This document shows positions 40,929 to 51,080 of a stretch of DNA of 64,000 nt, in pieces. Origin of the DNA: Patescibacteria group bacterium (GTDB lineage Bacteria > Patescibacteriota > WWE3 > UBA101185 > 2-01-FULL-41-18). Every line of letters begins with the position of its first letter. Positions within the stretch are counted from its first letter, which is position 1. Made by a program: the position numbers and the translations under genes. The stretch covers positions 2,458-66,457 of the forward strand of contig JBBTST010000008.1 of assembly GCA_038064575.1 (NCBI GenBank). The letters run 5' to 3'. The notes under the pieces were generated by a model, which searched no databases, had not been told where the DNA came from, and was given only the letters and a program-made list of their open reading frames with translations.

Positions 40929-41236
40929 TTTGACTTCTCCTTTCTTTTTGAGATATTGTAATATTAGAAACTTATAGGGTATTTTGCAAGTGGAAACGGG
41001 TTAATAAAAGTGTATGTAAAAACTATCAGGGGAGATAGTCACTGCCCCCAGCTACCTCCCCTAACAATGATCCTATAAAGTTAGAACGGCAATGTCAATA
41101 ACTTTGTACACACCCTTTACAGATATAGAGGCAATATATTACTCGCTTGAAACATTTGAACCGACTTTACAACACTTTAATTTATTAATTAAGCAACGGG
41201 TAGTAAAACTTGTAACAAAAATGATAAGTAATTTAG

Positions 41237-41902
41237 TTATAGTTTCTTAGCTTTTATCAAAAGCCGCTTGCTATAGTCTTTTTCTACAGGACTCCATACG
41301 CCGCCACACGTGATAACAGTCAAAATTGGGTCTTTTGTTTCCTCATATGCTTTTAGAACCGCGCCGGGGTCATTCATGGAAACATAAGAGACCTCATAAA
41401 TCTCAAACTTAATAAGTCTTTGTGTAGAATCTTCAACCTCTATCAAATCCCCGGGTTCCAGTTTAACCAGCTTGTAAAAAACTGCGGGAGAGCCGCCTAC
41501 CCTATCATAATGCCCGGCTAGAATCGCGTTGCCCTCTTCTCCGGCTTTCGGTCCGTTCTTATACCAGCCTACCTCATTGTAGTTTTTGGGAGTTTCAAGC
41601 CTGCCATCTTTATCAACACCTACTTCGACCACAGGCGCCTCTTTGAGACCGATTTTGGAAATTGAAAGTTTTTTGGGCTCAAAGAAGATAGGCTTCAACA
41701 GAGAGGCAAAGATAGAAGGGTTTGAATCCTGGGCCACAGGAGCGTCTGAGGTAGTTATACCTAAAATAGCCTTAGTATTAAAGTAAAGTAACGCAAAAGA
41801 GGCGGACACAAGGATTCCGGTTAGAATCACAAGCATTCCGCCCCTCCTGCCTGAAAACAAGTTCATATATAAGCTTTGTAAGCCGGAACAGTCCGAACTC
41901 AC
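41237..41902 (-). CDS. Sortase (transpeptidase)
   Basis: N-terminal TM anchor. 'ILAGHYDR' (His), 'LTVITCGG' (TLxTC Cys), '...SKRLLIKA' (Arg). Confidence 0.7.
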   Translation of the reverse strand: MSSDCSGLQSLYMNLFSGRRGGMLVILTGILVSASFALLYFNTKAILGITTSDAPVAQDSNPSIFASLLKPIFFEPKKLSISKIGLKEAPVVEVGVDKDGRLETPKNYNEVGWYKNGPKAGEEGNAILAGHYDRVGGSPAVFYKLVKLEPGDLIEVEDSTQRLIKFEIYEVSYVSMNDPGAVLKAYEETKDPILTVITCGGVWSPVEKDYSKRLLIKAKKL

Positions 41903-41905
41903 AAA

Positions 41906-42589
41906 TTAGGAAACGATTCTCTTTAGAAAAAGCCCGGTAAGCACGAGTCCGACACCATAAATGGTAAAGAGTACCGTATCCTCGCTTCCTGTCTTTGGAA
42001 GCTCTTTTAATCCGTACCCATAGCATACTGTAGCTGTATCGCTCGCGACAGTTTTAAGTTTACCATCCTCTTCATCTTTCAATTTTACCTCGTTTACAAC
42101 ACATTTCTGAACCCCAGTCTGGTACTCGATATCCTTAACTCTAGCAGTAATACAAAAAACCTTGACCGCGTTTCCAACACCGCTACAGCCATCTACCTTT
42201 GTGTCGTCACCGTTATCAATAACTTCAATCACCTCGGTTAGGGAACCTGTAAGCTTTTCAAGTTCCTTAGGGAGGCTGTCAATAACCTCAAGGTCCTTAC
42301 CATCAACATCACCTATGTTAGTTACGACGATTCTAAAGGTTAAAACGTCACCTTTCTTAACACCCTCAACCTTGTCCTCAAACTTATCGGCACCGTTCAC
42401 CTTAACCTTCTTTTCTATTCTAAATCCACGATCGCACTCTTTTCCCCCACCATAGGTTCTATCGCATGAGTTGGCAAAGGATAGAATGGTAAAAGAGTAT
42501 ACTGTAGCAACAATGCCTATAGCAAAGATTAGAGCTAAAACTATTAATTTTTTGGTCAATAAAGTAGTCATAAATAGTCCTTTTACCAA
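41906..42589 (-). CDS. LPXTG cell-wall-anchored surface protein (sortase substrate), DUF11-like repeat
   Basis: Signal/TM at N-terminus. C-terminus 'LPKTGSEDTVLFTIYGVGLVLTGLFLKR' (LPKTG + TM + basic tail). Confidence 0.7.
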   Translation of the reverse strand: MVKGLFMTTLLTKKLIVLALIFAIGIVATVYSFTILSFANSCDRTYGGGKECDRGFRIEKKVKVNGADKFEDKVEGVKKGDVLTFRIVVTNIGDVDGKDLEVIDSLPKELEKLTGSLTEVIEVIDNGDDTKVDGCSGVGNAVKVFCITARVKDIEYQTGVQKCVVNEVKLKDEEDGKLKTVASDTATVCYGYGLKELPKTGSEDTVLFTIYGVGLVLTGLFLKRIVS

Positions 42590-42729
42590 ACTAAAATAAC
42601 AAGGGAATTAGCTTCACCTAAAGGAAAACCGGAATCTCTAGGAAAAGCAAATCCCCTTGCTAATTACAGCTATTTGCAGGATGTATTTTGGACAGAGGGA
42701 TTATATAGGATAAAAGCTAACTCGTCAAG

Positions 42730-45700
42730 CTATAGGTTATAACGGTTTTTTTGGGTCCGTGACCTCAAAGGACTTGCTATTTTTCCAGAAAGGGTTAGAA
42801 AGAACCCTCCTATAAGAAAAAAGCCTAAAACCTCCAAAATCTGGGGCCAGAAAAAGATCAATAAATATCTGGTTTTGCCATTAACCAACCACCCATTCGA
42901 CCAATTATTTACAACCACATGTTTAAAAGGCGGCCAAGTTAACCACCCCTGTTCAAAAGATTGATTCAGTGTTACTAAACCCTCTACACCCTGCTCATCA
43001 GATGAAGACAATAAAACCAAATAAAATGGATTAAAGCCCATTACATTCTCAACTCCTGCTAAATTACTTATTGAATCATTATTTCCTATATTAATCGATT
43101 GAATCCATGAAAAAGGAACAGGATAAAATTTAATAGATTTTAAGTGATTCACTGAAGGTACAAGCCCAAAAGACAAATTGTCCACATCAACACCATATCC
43201 ATATTTATCACCATCTAGGGTCGGAAGTATAAAATATTCTTTAGTAAAAGATCTTGTAGGCAATAAAGTAGTGTAGAGGTCACAACGTTTTGTAATATAG
43301 TTGACCACACAAAGTCTGAGGGGCAACCCAGAAACATTTTTGGCTTCAATTTCTATTAGATAAGTTCTAAGTTGAGATAGATCAGCAATAGGATAATGAT
43401 CACAGGTAAATCCATTAGTGACAGAATATTCCACATAACCTTCATGAAAGACTTTATCAAAATCTTTAGGTACCCCATAACTGCATGGAGTGGACTTGTT
43501 TGATTTATCAAAAACAGGTAAAGTAGCCCCAAAACGCGAAAGCCTAGAATTTACGTTAAGTGTGCCATCTGTAACTATTGAAGCAGAAGTTGGAAAAGAA
43601 GCTAGCTTTTCAATCTCATTCTTTGAAAGCAAAACTGTAAATTCAGGCAAATAATATGACACAGTTAAATCCCTATATATCCCTGTTATATCCTCATTCT
43701 CCCCAACTCCATCTAACATTAACCTTAAAAAGTAAGAATCAGATTGATCTAAATCTACAAATGTCCTATAAATCCAATGCGAATTGTGAGTTCTAAATGA
43801 GTCCGTAATACATCTTCCCGTGATACTATTTAAGATACAAAGAAGTGGCTCCTTGTCCCCCTCAAACTCATAAGCAATTTCTACAATTGATTTACCCTTA
43901 ACTGAAGGCACACCTTTACTCAATTTATTAAGTGGGATTGTGAGACAGGATTTTACATTCCTAGCAAAAAGGCTAGTGCCTGAAGCATCAGATTTAAAGC
44001 CAAAAGATTGGTTTGTGTCAACAAAACTACAACTCTCAGGCTTAATAGCTAAATCTGAGAAGACAACTTTATGATCTTTGATAAACTTGCTACCAAAAAA
44101 GGCTAGTGAAACATCCTCCCCAAGCATAAGTTCCGCTTCTTCCGGTCTTTTCAAAATAGACTCAAGGGAAATTATAGTTTCCCTAACATTTAACAGATAG
44201 TTCTTATTCTGAGAGCTACTTATTGGAACTTTTAAACTGTTACCATTAACCATGCCTGAAACGCTTGGCAGGCCTGGAGTGATTGTAAGACTCGAACTTT
44301 CAGAATCTCGAAAAGCAGCCAAAGTAACAGGCAAAACTTTTTCAAAAACCGAATAAGCGGGTAAATTTATCTTCTGGTTATTATTCAAAGATCTAGCCTC
44401 AAACTTATAAGAACCCGCAAATGCTGAAAACAACTCCGTATTTAGCGATTCGTTAATTGTAAAGATGTTTCTAAAAGGGTAAGACGCTGAATTCTTGGTA
44501 TTTTGATCATCTGAGACATAGTCCCCTCTTATGTAGGCTGTATCCAAATAAGATCTGGACATTTCAGGCTTCACAGAATAAAAAGAGTCAGGTGTTTCAA
44601 CTAAATCTCTTTTTTTATTAACTTTATAGACCCTTAACCCACCACCAAAATCTCTCTCAAGTACAATTGAGGCTTTATCAAGCATAGATTTAAGAACATT
44701 CAAATTTAGGGCTGTCTTATCCACACCTGGAGAAAAAACACTTTCATCTACAAGAACCCAAGAAACCTGATACTTATCTAAAACACGTTCAAACAGGTTA
44801 GAATCTCCTTTATATAATGCATAGGAAATCTCTCTATAATACTGTTCATTTCGAGGGTCCCACCTATCAAATTCTCTATCTAATAAGGGTTGCTTTATGC
44901 CAAACCATAAAAACCCAGCTCCCTGATAACCAAGCATGTTGTTTTCATTCCAGTTGTAATAAACCCAACCCCAGAAGGAATGCACAGGAAAGTTTGCTAC
45001 ACGTTCAGTATCTCCTTGTTCACTAAAGAACTTAAACATATCAAAATATCTTTGGGGTATAGTCACACGCATAGTAGGGCTTACTAAACCACCCCTAAAA
45101 ACTGGAAACATAAAATAGCCAAACAAAAACAAATAAATTAAGGAATAAGAAATGAATGCAAAATTAGAAAACTTACCCCGGAACTCAAACAAGTTTGTTA
45201 AACGGGCGTGAAAAATACCAAAAAAGGTTGAGTAGGAAAAAGCAAGTAAAATAGAAAACTTAGTAAAAGGCAGGCGGAAAGCCTCCCTAAATAGGGAAAC
45301 ATTACTTTGGAAAAAACCAAAAACTGAACCCAGAGGCCCATTTGTGGTCAACAAAAAAAATACTGAGAAAAGCATCAGTGCCAAAAATGGAAGACTGACT
45401 TTGTCCCTTTTAAAAAAGGTATAAACTGCTCCAAGAATAATTAAAAAGAAGAAATAATAACCAATCTTTAAGACAAAAGGCTCTTTCTGGTGAGAAACCC
45501 ATTCATCTAACAAATTTCCAAAATTTCCGTTTCCCACATGCTCTCCCCAACTAAATAGAAAACCCTTTAAAATGGCCAAATCTTGAAAATTCCCGTATGT
45601 TTTATTTTGTAAGAATGCTTCTTGGGAAAAGAGATAGTGAATTTTAGACTCCTGAACTTGTTTTCCATGACCTAATACAAAATAAAGGTTTGGAAGAAGC

Positions 45701-46455
45701 CAAAAAGAATTTAGTAAAAAAGTTAGTAACAGTATGTAAAAAACGTTTTTTAACCCTTGAACACTAAAATCGCCTAACAGGAGAATTAGTAAATATAAGA
45801 CAAGGGCACCAAAAAATACAAACCATAGAGTAGAAGTATGAGCCATAGAAGTCCCAAGAAGTGAAAATGCAGAAAAGAGAAGAACATTTCTTTTAGACCT
45901 GTTTTTAAAAAGGTTGTAGGAACAATAAAAAAGCCATGGCAGCAAGGCGTAATGAACAGCAAACATTTCAAGGGGTACATAAAATTGCTGTAGAGTACCC
46001 AAATTAAGCAAATAAAAGAGGGCACCTAAAAAAGCTCCTACTTTTGAAGACCTCTCCAACAGACCTTCTAATACAACTCTTTTCAAAAGTACATATACAC
46101 CCAAAGGCCCAACTAAAAGGCATAAAAAAAAGAATACGTACCTTACCAGTGAAAGTGGAAGAAATATATCCAACAAAAAAAGTACTGGTAGCCGTGTAAT
46201 TTCAGAGGCATGGGCTTGAGTGGCAACTGCCCCCAAACCCTGATGAGGTTGCCAAGCACCAAATACCACTCTTTTCAAATAGGAGGAGTAATTGAATTCG
46301 GGATGAAGTGTATCCCATCCCGTAAGAAAGGTTTTAGCCTCATAATTTCTAACCGAAATAAAAAGACCCAATAAAATCAAGGTCAAAACGGGTAAGTGGT
46401 TTTTTATAAAGTTAAAAATCTTTTCTTTCATACTCTCTTGCTTCAAAAGAAGCAT
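42730..46455 (-). CDS. Very large polytopic membrane protein; GT-C-like glycosyltransferase candidate (AftD/DUF3367-like N-terminus) with ~800-aa extracytoplasmic C-terminal region
   Basis: 1241 aa, more than 14 TM helices. 'GWDTLHPEFNYSSYLKRVVFGAWQPHQGLG' near the N-terminus resembles the DUF3367 signature (from memory). Confidence 0.45.
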   Translation of the reverse strand: MLLLKQESMKEKIFNFIKNHLPVLTLILLGLFISVRNYEAKTFLTGWDTLHPEFNYSSYLKRVVFGAWQPHQGLGAVATQAHASEITRLPVLFLLDIFLPLSLVRYVFFFLCLLVGPLGVYVLLKRVVLEGLLERSSKVGAFLGALFYLLNLGTLQQFYVPLEMFAVHYALLPWLFYCSYNLFKNRSKRNVLLFSAFSLLGTSMAHTSTLWFVFFGALVLYLLILLLGDFSVQGLKNVFYILLLTFLLNSFWLLPNLYFVLGHGKQVQESKIHYLFSQEAFLQNKTYGNFQDLAILKGFLFSWGEHVGNGNFGNLLDEWVSHQKEPFVLKIGYYFFFLIILGAVYTFFKRDKVSLPFLALMLFSVFFLLTTNGPLGSVFGFFQSNVSLFREAFRLPFTKFSILLAFSYSTFFGIFHARLTNLFEFRGKFSNFAFISYSLIYLFLFGYFMFPVFRGGLVSPTMRVTIPQRYFDMFKFFSEQGDTERVANFPVHSFWGWVYYNWNENNMLGYQGAGFLWFGIKQPLLDREFDRWDPRNEQYYREISYALYKGDSNLFERVLDKYQVSWVLVDESVFSPGVDKTALNLNVLKSMLDKASIVLERDFGGGLRVYKVNKKRDLVETPDSFYSVKPEMSRSYLDTAYIRGDYVSDDQNTKNSASYPFRNIFTINESLNTELFSAFAGSYKFEARSLNNNQKINLPAYSVFEKVLPVTLAAFRDSESSSLTITPGLPSVSGMVNGNSLKVPISSSQNKNYLLNVRETIISLESILKRPEEAELMLGEDVSLAFFGSKFIKDHKVVFSDLAIKPESCSFVDTNQSFGFKSDASGTSLFARNVKSCLTIPLNKLSKGVPSVKGKSIVEIAYEFEGDKEPLLCILNSITGRCITDSFRTHNSHWIYRTFVDLDQSDSYFLRLMLDGVGENEDITGIYRDLTVSYYLPEFTVLLSKNEIEKLASFPTSASIVTDGTLNVNSRLSRFGATLPVFDKSNKSTPCSYGVPKDFDKVFHEGYVEYSVTNGFTCDHYPIADLSQLRTYLIEIEAKNVSGLPLRLCVVNYITKRCDLYTTLLPTRSFTKEYFILPTLDGDKYGYGVDVDNLSFGLVPSVNHLKSIKFYPVPFSWIQSINIGNNDSISNLAGVENVMGFNPFYLVLLSSSDEQGVEGLVTLNQSFEQGWLTWPPFKHVVVNNWSNGWLVNGKTRYLLIFFWPQILEVLGFFLIGGFFLTLSGKIASPLRSRTQKNRYNL

Positions 46456-48457
46456 CCCCCACTCTCCATTTCACATGCACAACTTTCTTACAATCAGACC
46501 CGCAATGTCCTTTTTCTACCAAAGGTCTTCTTATTTCAGAGATTAGCTCTGAAACTAAGCCGTTTTTCTTACATAAGGTTGCTCCTCGATGCGGGAGGTT
46601 ATAGACATCTAAAACACTTTGGTGTTCAACATTTTCAAGCTGAAGTATGTATAAAACTCCTTCCTGATAATCTCTGGAAATTTTATCTATGGCAAAATGG
46701 CCTGTGTAAAAAAGGTATGTCGTATTCTTTTCCAGTTTTATTGACTCAATGCCATCATAAAACCCTGCCGATTGGATACAAGACTCGTTTTGAACTCCCC
46801 CAAGAACCTTTCTCTTAAATACATGCACAACATTTCCGTCCGGTGAATTAAAAAATTTTATGGCTTCAAATTTAGTATTTTCCAAGGAAGATAAATAACC
46901 TAGAACCTGATTTAAAGTTTGATAATTTCTAAGACCTTCAGGTCCGGGATCTATTGGCGCAACAATATAATCTACGTAATTATCTTCAAAATATTTTGCA
47001 ACTTCTGCATAATTCTTAAATGGCTCAAATTGGAAATAAGGTACAGGAACGTACATATTACTATATTTCATTTCCCTTCTTAGCATCTCAAAAGTGGCCA
47101 GGGAAAAGTTTTTAGAATCTACCAATGTTGTAACCCCCAAACCTTTATCAAGTGGGTAAGAAGCATCTTTGTATATAAAAGTCAGCACGTCTTTTACAGG
47201 CCAAACGTTTGGCTCATAGGAATAGATTGTTGGGTTATAAAACCAATCCATATAATTTGGCCCTGCCAAGACCAAACCAATGGATTTAAGCAAGCTGCTT
47301 TGAGGCTTGAACTGGTTAAAGGACAGAAAAAAAGAACTAAGTACAATATAGACACTACAAACTATAACAACAATAGGAAAAGAAGCCCTACTCTTCTCTT
47401 TAATTCTTAATAACAAATAAGAAGCAAAGAGAGCGAAGTAAGGGGTCATGGGCAACAGATATCTTAAGTTCTTATTTCTTATAAAGGTAAAAACGAGAAG
47501 AGGAAAAAATATTGATAGTAATAAAACTACCCCCTGTTTTTTATCCTTCCTCAGGTACAAAATAAAACCCACTATAGTCATAAGAAAAGGCAGAAATAAT
47601 AGCTGATAAACCATGATTCTTACAGGGTAGTAGAAAAAGCTTTGCAAACTCCATAAGTTTTGAGGGTCGTCTAATTCCGGCTGTGAGAAAATTGAGGAAA
47701 ATCGGATGAGATCGTTAAAGTTAACCAAGTACCAAGGAAGAACCATTATAATAAAGAACACTATTCCAAACAAAGTGTTTCTCAGAACTAGTCTTCTGAG
47801 GCTTTTGTCTGCAGTTTTAAGTGTTCCTATGATTAAATACGAAGTGGGCACAATAAGATAAATGAAAGCATACCACTTAGTAAGCTGGGCTAAACCAAAA
47901 AGAACAAAGAAGATAAAGGCTTGTCTTGTTTTGGTTAAACCCTGGGAAAGAACTACATAGTACAAAGCCATTATTGTCAGAGAAACAAGAGGCAGGTCCA
48001 AATGAAACACACGAGCTTGGCTTGTAACCTCAGGGAAAAAAGAGAAAAAGAATGCCGATAAGAGGGCTATGTCTCTATCCTCGCTCAAAAGCAATATCAG
48101 TTTGAATAAATAAATAATAGCCAACAAAAAGAAAACAAGACTGATATAAATGATCTTTTCGGAACTATATCCAAAAAGTAAAGCTACAAAAGACCCAAGG
48201 ATTTGTACAAAAGGAGGGTAGTAATTTGACGATTTAATAATGTCCGTAATTGATGAAGTGTTTACCAACAATCCTTTCATTTTGTCGGCAATCAAGAAAC
48301 TTGTTCCAATATGCCCTGCACTATCCCAAGTCTGATAACTCCTATTTAGGATCTGAAAAACAACAAAATAAATTGCGTGAAAAATACAGAGAAATAGAAG
48401 AGGAAGGTTTTTTGCTTTATTTCTTAGTAGAGCCCACATACAAAAATTATAGATCAA
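46412..48457 (-). CDS. Polytopic membrane protein, PMT_2/ArnT-like GT-C glycosyltransferase candidate
   Basis: 681 aa. About 11 TM helices with the first loop 'TWDSAGHIGTSFLIAD', followed by a soluble C-terminal domain. It overlaps the downstream gene by 44 nt. Confidence 0.45.
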   Translation of the reverse strand: MIYNFCMWALLRNKAKNLPLLFLCIFHAIYFVVFQILNRSYQTWDSAGHIGTSFLIADKMKGLLVNTSSITDIIKSSNYYPPFVQILGSFVALLFGYSSEKIIYISLVFFLLAIIYLFKLILLLSEDRDIALLSAFFFSFFPEVTSQARVFHLDLPLVSLTIMALYYVVLSQGLTKTRQAFIFFVLFGLAQLTKWYAFIYLIVPTSYLIIGTLKTADKSLRRLVLRNTLFGIVFFIIMVLPWYLVNFNDLIRFSSIFSQPELDDPQNLWSLQSFFYYPVRIMVYQLLFLPFLMTIVGFILYLRKDKKQGVVLLLSIFFPLLVFTFIRNKNLRYLLPMTPYFALFASYLLLRIKEKSRASFPIVVIVCSVYIVLSSFFLSFNQFKPQSSLLKSIGLVLAGPNYMDWFYNPTIYSYEPNVWPVKDVLTFIYKDASYPLDKGLGVTTLVDSKNFSLATFEMLRREMKYSNMYVPVPYFQFEPFKNYAEVAKYFEDNYVDYIVAPIDPGPEGLRNYQTLNQVLGYLSSLENTKFEAIKFFNSPDGNVVHVFKRKVLGGVQNESCIQSAGFYDGIESIKLEKNTTYLFYTGHFAIDKISRDYQEGVLYILQLENVEHQSVLDVYNLPHRGATLCKKNGLVSELISEIRRPLVEKGHCGSDCKKVVHVKWRVGDASFEAREYERKDF

Positions 48458-48519
48458 ATCTAATCAAAACACATGGTCGAGTAAGTTCCATGCTAAGAAA
48501 GATCAGGCACAAAAAGTAA

Positions 48520-48565
48520 AACGGACGTCATGAGGGTTTAATTCATAACGTCCGTTTGGGTGAGC
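48520..48565. terminator. Hairpin (AAACGGACGT ... ACGTCCGTTT) with flanking A/T runs at the island/core boundary
   Basis: 10-bp inverted repeat downstream of the 48592 lipoprotein gene. Confidence 0.4.
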
Positions 48566-48591
48566 CTACAAAGTTTTTGCGCGGGCGAGGA

Positions 48592-49380
48592 CTACGGGGC
48601 CGGTGAGGTCATCATCGGAGCGTAGACCATCTTGGCGCGCAGGAAGTTGTAGTCGGTGCGGGCTACCTTGCCATCGGGTGTCATGATGAAGTGCACACCC
48701 CCCACCGTATCGCAGTCGTACCCGCAATGGTGATTGAGCGGGTCCAACAGGGCGACGCCGGCAAGGTTTGCCATGCTCGGGTGGTCATCGGTGGCCGGGT
48801 CTTGATCAAACCCGTGGTAGTCAGCCAGTGAAGTCCCATCGGCCGGAATGCCCGAACATTTGAAAGGCACCGGCGCAGCAGTCTGATTCTCAAAGATCAG
48901 AATGTAAAGCGTGCCAGCTTTGTACTGATACACCACAGTCTGATCCCCAAAGGTGCAGGTGCCATGGCCCGTGAACATCACGTAGGCACCTTGCGATTGG
49001 ACAGAGACACCAGGGCTCGTTTCAGCCGACTCCACAAAGGCCGTCGACTGCCCCTTCCATTTGGTAGCCTGCTCAAACCCGCGAGCCTGGTCAGCTACCT
49101 CAAACGTCCACTGCTCAAAGGCAGTGGTGTAGAAGGCCGGCAGGACCGGGGTAGGAACAGCAGTGGGGGGTTCAAAGGTTGGCGGCACCACGGTTGCGGT
49201 TTCCGTCGGGGGCGGGGCAACCGTTGGGGTAACGCTCAAAGTAGCACCCGAGGTTGCAGCAGGTCCGCGCGTTGAGGTGGCCTCGCTGCCAAATTCCACG
49301 ACCGCTTCGGGCTGCCCCTGTTGACAGGCCCCAAGCAGCAGCGCCAGGGTTAGAACCACGATTCGAAACTTGGTCTTCAT
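48592..49380 (-). CDS. Lipoprotein with Pro/Thr-rich linker (GC-rich island)
   Basis: Lipobox 'LLLGAC'. Linker 'PTVAPPPTETATVVPPTFEPPTAVPTPVLP'. Confidence 0.5.
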   Translation of the reverse strand: MKTKFRIVVLTLALLLGACQQGQPEAVVEFGSEATSTRGPAATSGATLSVTPTVAPPPTETATVVPPTFEPPTAVPTPVLPAFYTTAFEQWTFEVADQARGFEQATKWKGQSTAFVESAETSPGVSVQSQGAYVMFTGHGTCTFGDQTVVYQYKAGTLYILIFENQTAAPVPFKCSGIPADGTSLADYHGFDQDPATDDHPSMANLAGVALLDPLNHHCGYDCDTVGGVHFIMTPDGKVARTDYNFLRAKMVYAPMMTSPAP

Positions 49381-49416
49381 TTTTTTTCTCCTTCAAAGTT
49401 TCGTAGGCCGATTTGC

Positions 49417-49878
49417 CTACTTAAGATTAACCTGAAGCGGAAACGCACACCGCGTTTCGCTACCAGGGGCTTGAATCACAACCGTTTTGCCGATTTCAGC
49501 GGGAGTGATTTCAATCCGCTGGTTGCTTAAATCTGTATGAGCCGGCAAAACCCACACAGGAACCTCGTTGCCGCAATTGTCCTCGACCACATTTTGTCCG
49601 GATTTTAAACTCACGACATCGTGAGAAAAGATTCGGAGTGTCACAATGCCAAGCGTGGCACAAAGTATGGTTGAAACAATCACAAGCCCAATCACGGAAG
49701 TCCTCTTGTGCCTACCCGCCAGTTCCCACAACATTTCCAGTGCAGGAATGATGTAAGTAGCGAAGACGTTCTGAGAGACCTCCACAATTTCTTCGTTGGC
49801 TTCCTTCCAATCTCCTTGATGCCTCAAAATCACAAAGGCACAGTAGAGAACCAGAAGTACCAGGATAAAAGTAACCAC
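49417..49878 (-). CDS. Small membrane protein
   Basis: 153 aa with two TM helices and a soluble tail. Confidence 0.4.
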   Translation of the reverse strand: MVTFILVLLVLYCAFVILRHQGDWKEANEEIVEVSQNVFATYIIPALEMLWELAGRHKRTSVIGLVIVSTILCATLGIVTLRIFSHDVVSLKSGQNVVEDNCGNEVPVWVLPAHTDLSNQRIEITPAEIGKTVVIQAPGSETRCAFPLQVNLK

Positions 49879-49894
49879 GGCTTATCTCCTTACT

Positions 49895-50284
49895 CTACTT
49901 CAACCTTGGCCCATTAGCCTTGGTTTGCGCATAGATTCGCTGTTGGTGCCATCTACCACCTAAGTAGCAGACAAAACCAAACAGCAATATCCCCAATAGC
50001 CCCGGGAGAGCCTCAGCACCAAGTTTAACAAGAGGCGCAGCAAATCCGGGCAAACTCGCAAGGACAGGACCAAGCGAGAGAAACCCACCGAATTGGAACT
50101 CGGGCAACTCCAGTTCAAAAAGTAGCAGGATGAATGGAATAGTTACCACCCACCACCACTTTTTCAGAAAGAGTTTAAGTTTCTTCCACCAGCTGGGAGT
50201 AAGATTCACATCCCCGGTGATAGAAACAACTCGCCCGGTGAAAAATCGATGGATAATCCAGTAGATTCTCCTAAAAAGTTTCAT
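49895..50284 (-). CDS. Small membrane protein
   Basis: 129 aa with Trp/Lys-rich 'KKLKLFLKKWWWVV' and two TM helices. Confidence 0.4.
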   Translation of the reverse strand: MKLFRRIYWIIHRFFTGRVVSITGDVNLTPSWWKKLKLFLKKWWWVVTIPFILLLFELELPEFQFGGFLSLGPVLASLPGFAAPLVKLGAEALPGLLGILLFGFVCYLGGRWHQQRIYAQTKANGPRLK

Positions 50285-50515
50285 TTGGCTTCCTCCTTAA
50301 TCTCTAGCCATAGATTCAAGTCTTCAAACCTAAATTAAGCCTTCCATCTAAAGCCAGGGTTTAAGAATTAAACTATCGATTAGGGTTAATACAGAGAATA
50401 AGGTTATGTGTATGCAGATCTTCATAATTACTTATTAAGAAGGATCAACACACTTTGAAAGGGTGGAAACACGGTAATACTTGTATTTCCACCCTTTTAG
50501 TTGAACCCTCAGTTA

Positions 50516-51007
50516 TTATTCTTCCAAGGGCTCAGTTGATGGTTTCTGTGCGGGTTTTGGGGCAGTCTTCTTGCGCTTCAGGTTTGCCAGAAACAGCATG
50601 ACCCAAATGCCAGAAACGAAACTGATCCCCATACAGCCCCCAATCGGAACTGGATACGCTCTTCCTGGCTCGATTGCGAACCAGAGGACGATGCGACCGA
50701 CCATCTCAAGCACCCATTCAATGAGACTCAAGAAACCAGGCATGATCCGGAAAGTCCCGAGCAAGGAGATGATCACCAAGACAGCCAGCAGAACATACAA
50801 AGGAAGCAGATTCGTGGTAGCCTCCTTCTCCTGCGGAGCGATCTCAGCGGTAGCCGACGGGGAAACCAAAACGACTGCTTGTCCTTCCTCGGGGGCAGGT
50901 GCCGGAGCTGGCGGAAGGCTGTCGAGCGGATCATCATCCACTTCGGCAGTGTGTTCCTGTGCAACGGGAGTTTTTGCCTCCACAGACTTCTTTGTTACTT
51001 TTTTCAT
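50516..51007 (-). CDS. Membrane protein with Pro/Ala-rich N-terminal region
   Basis: 163 aa. 'PPAPAPAPEEG', then 3 TM helices. Confidence 0.4.
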   Translation of the reverse strand: MKKVTKKSVEAKTPVAQEHTAEVDDDPLDSLPPAPAPAPEEGQAVVLVSPSATAEIAPQEKEATTNLLPLYVLLAVLVIISLLGTFRIMPGFLSLIEWVLEMVGRIVLWFAIEPGRAYPVPIGGCMGISFVSGIWVMLFLANLKRKKTAPKPAQKPSTEPLEE

Positions 51008-51080
51008 GTTTTATCCTCCAAACATTTGAAGGAGGGAGCTCAACTTAATGTTCTAAGAAGAGCTCCCTCAGAATCGATAA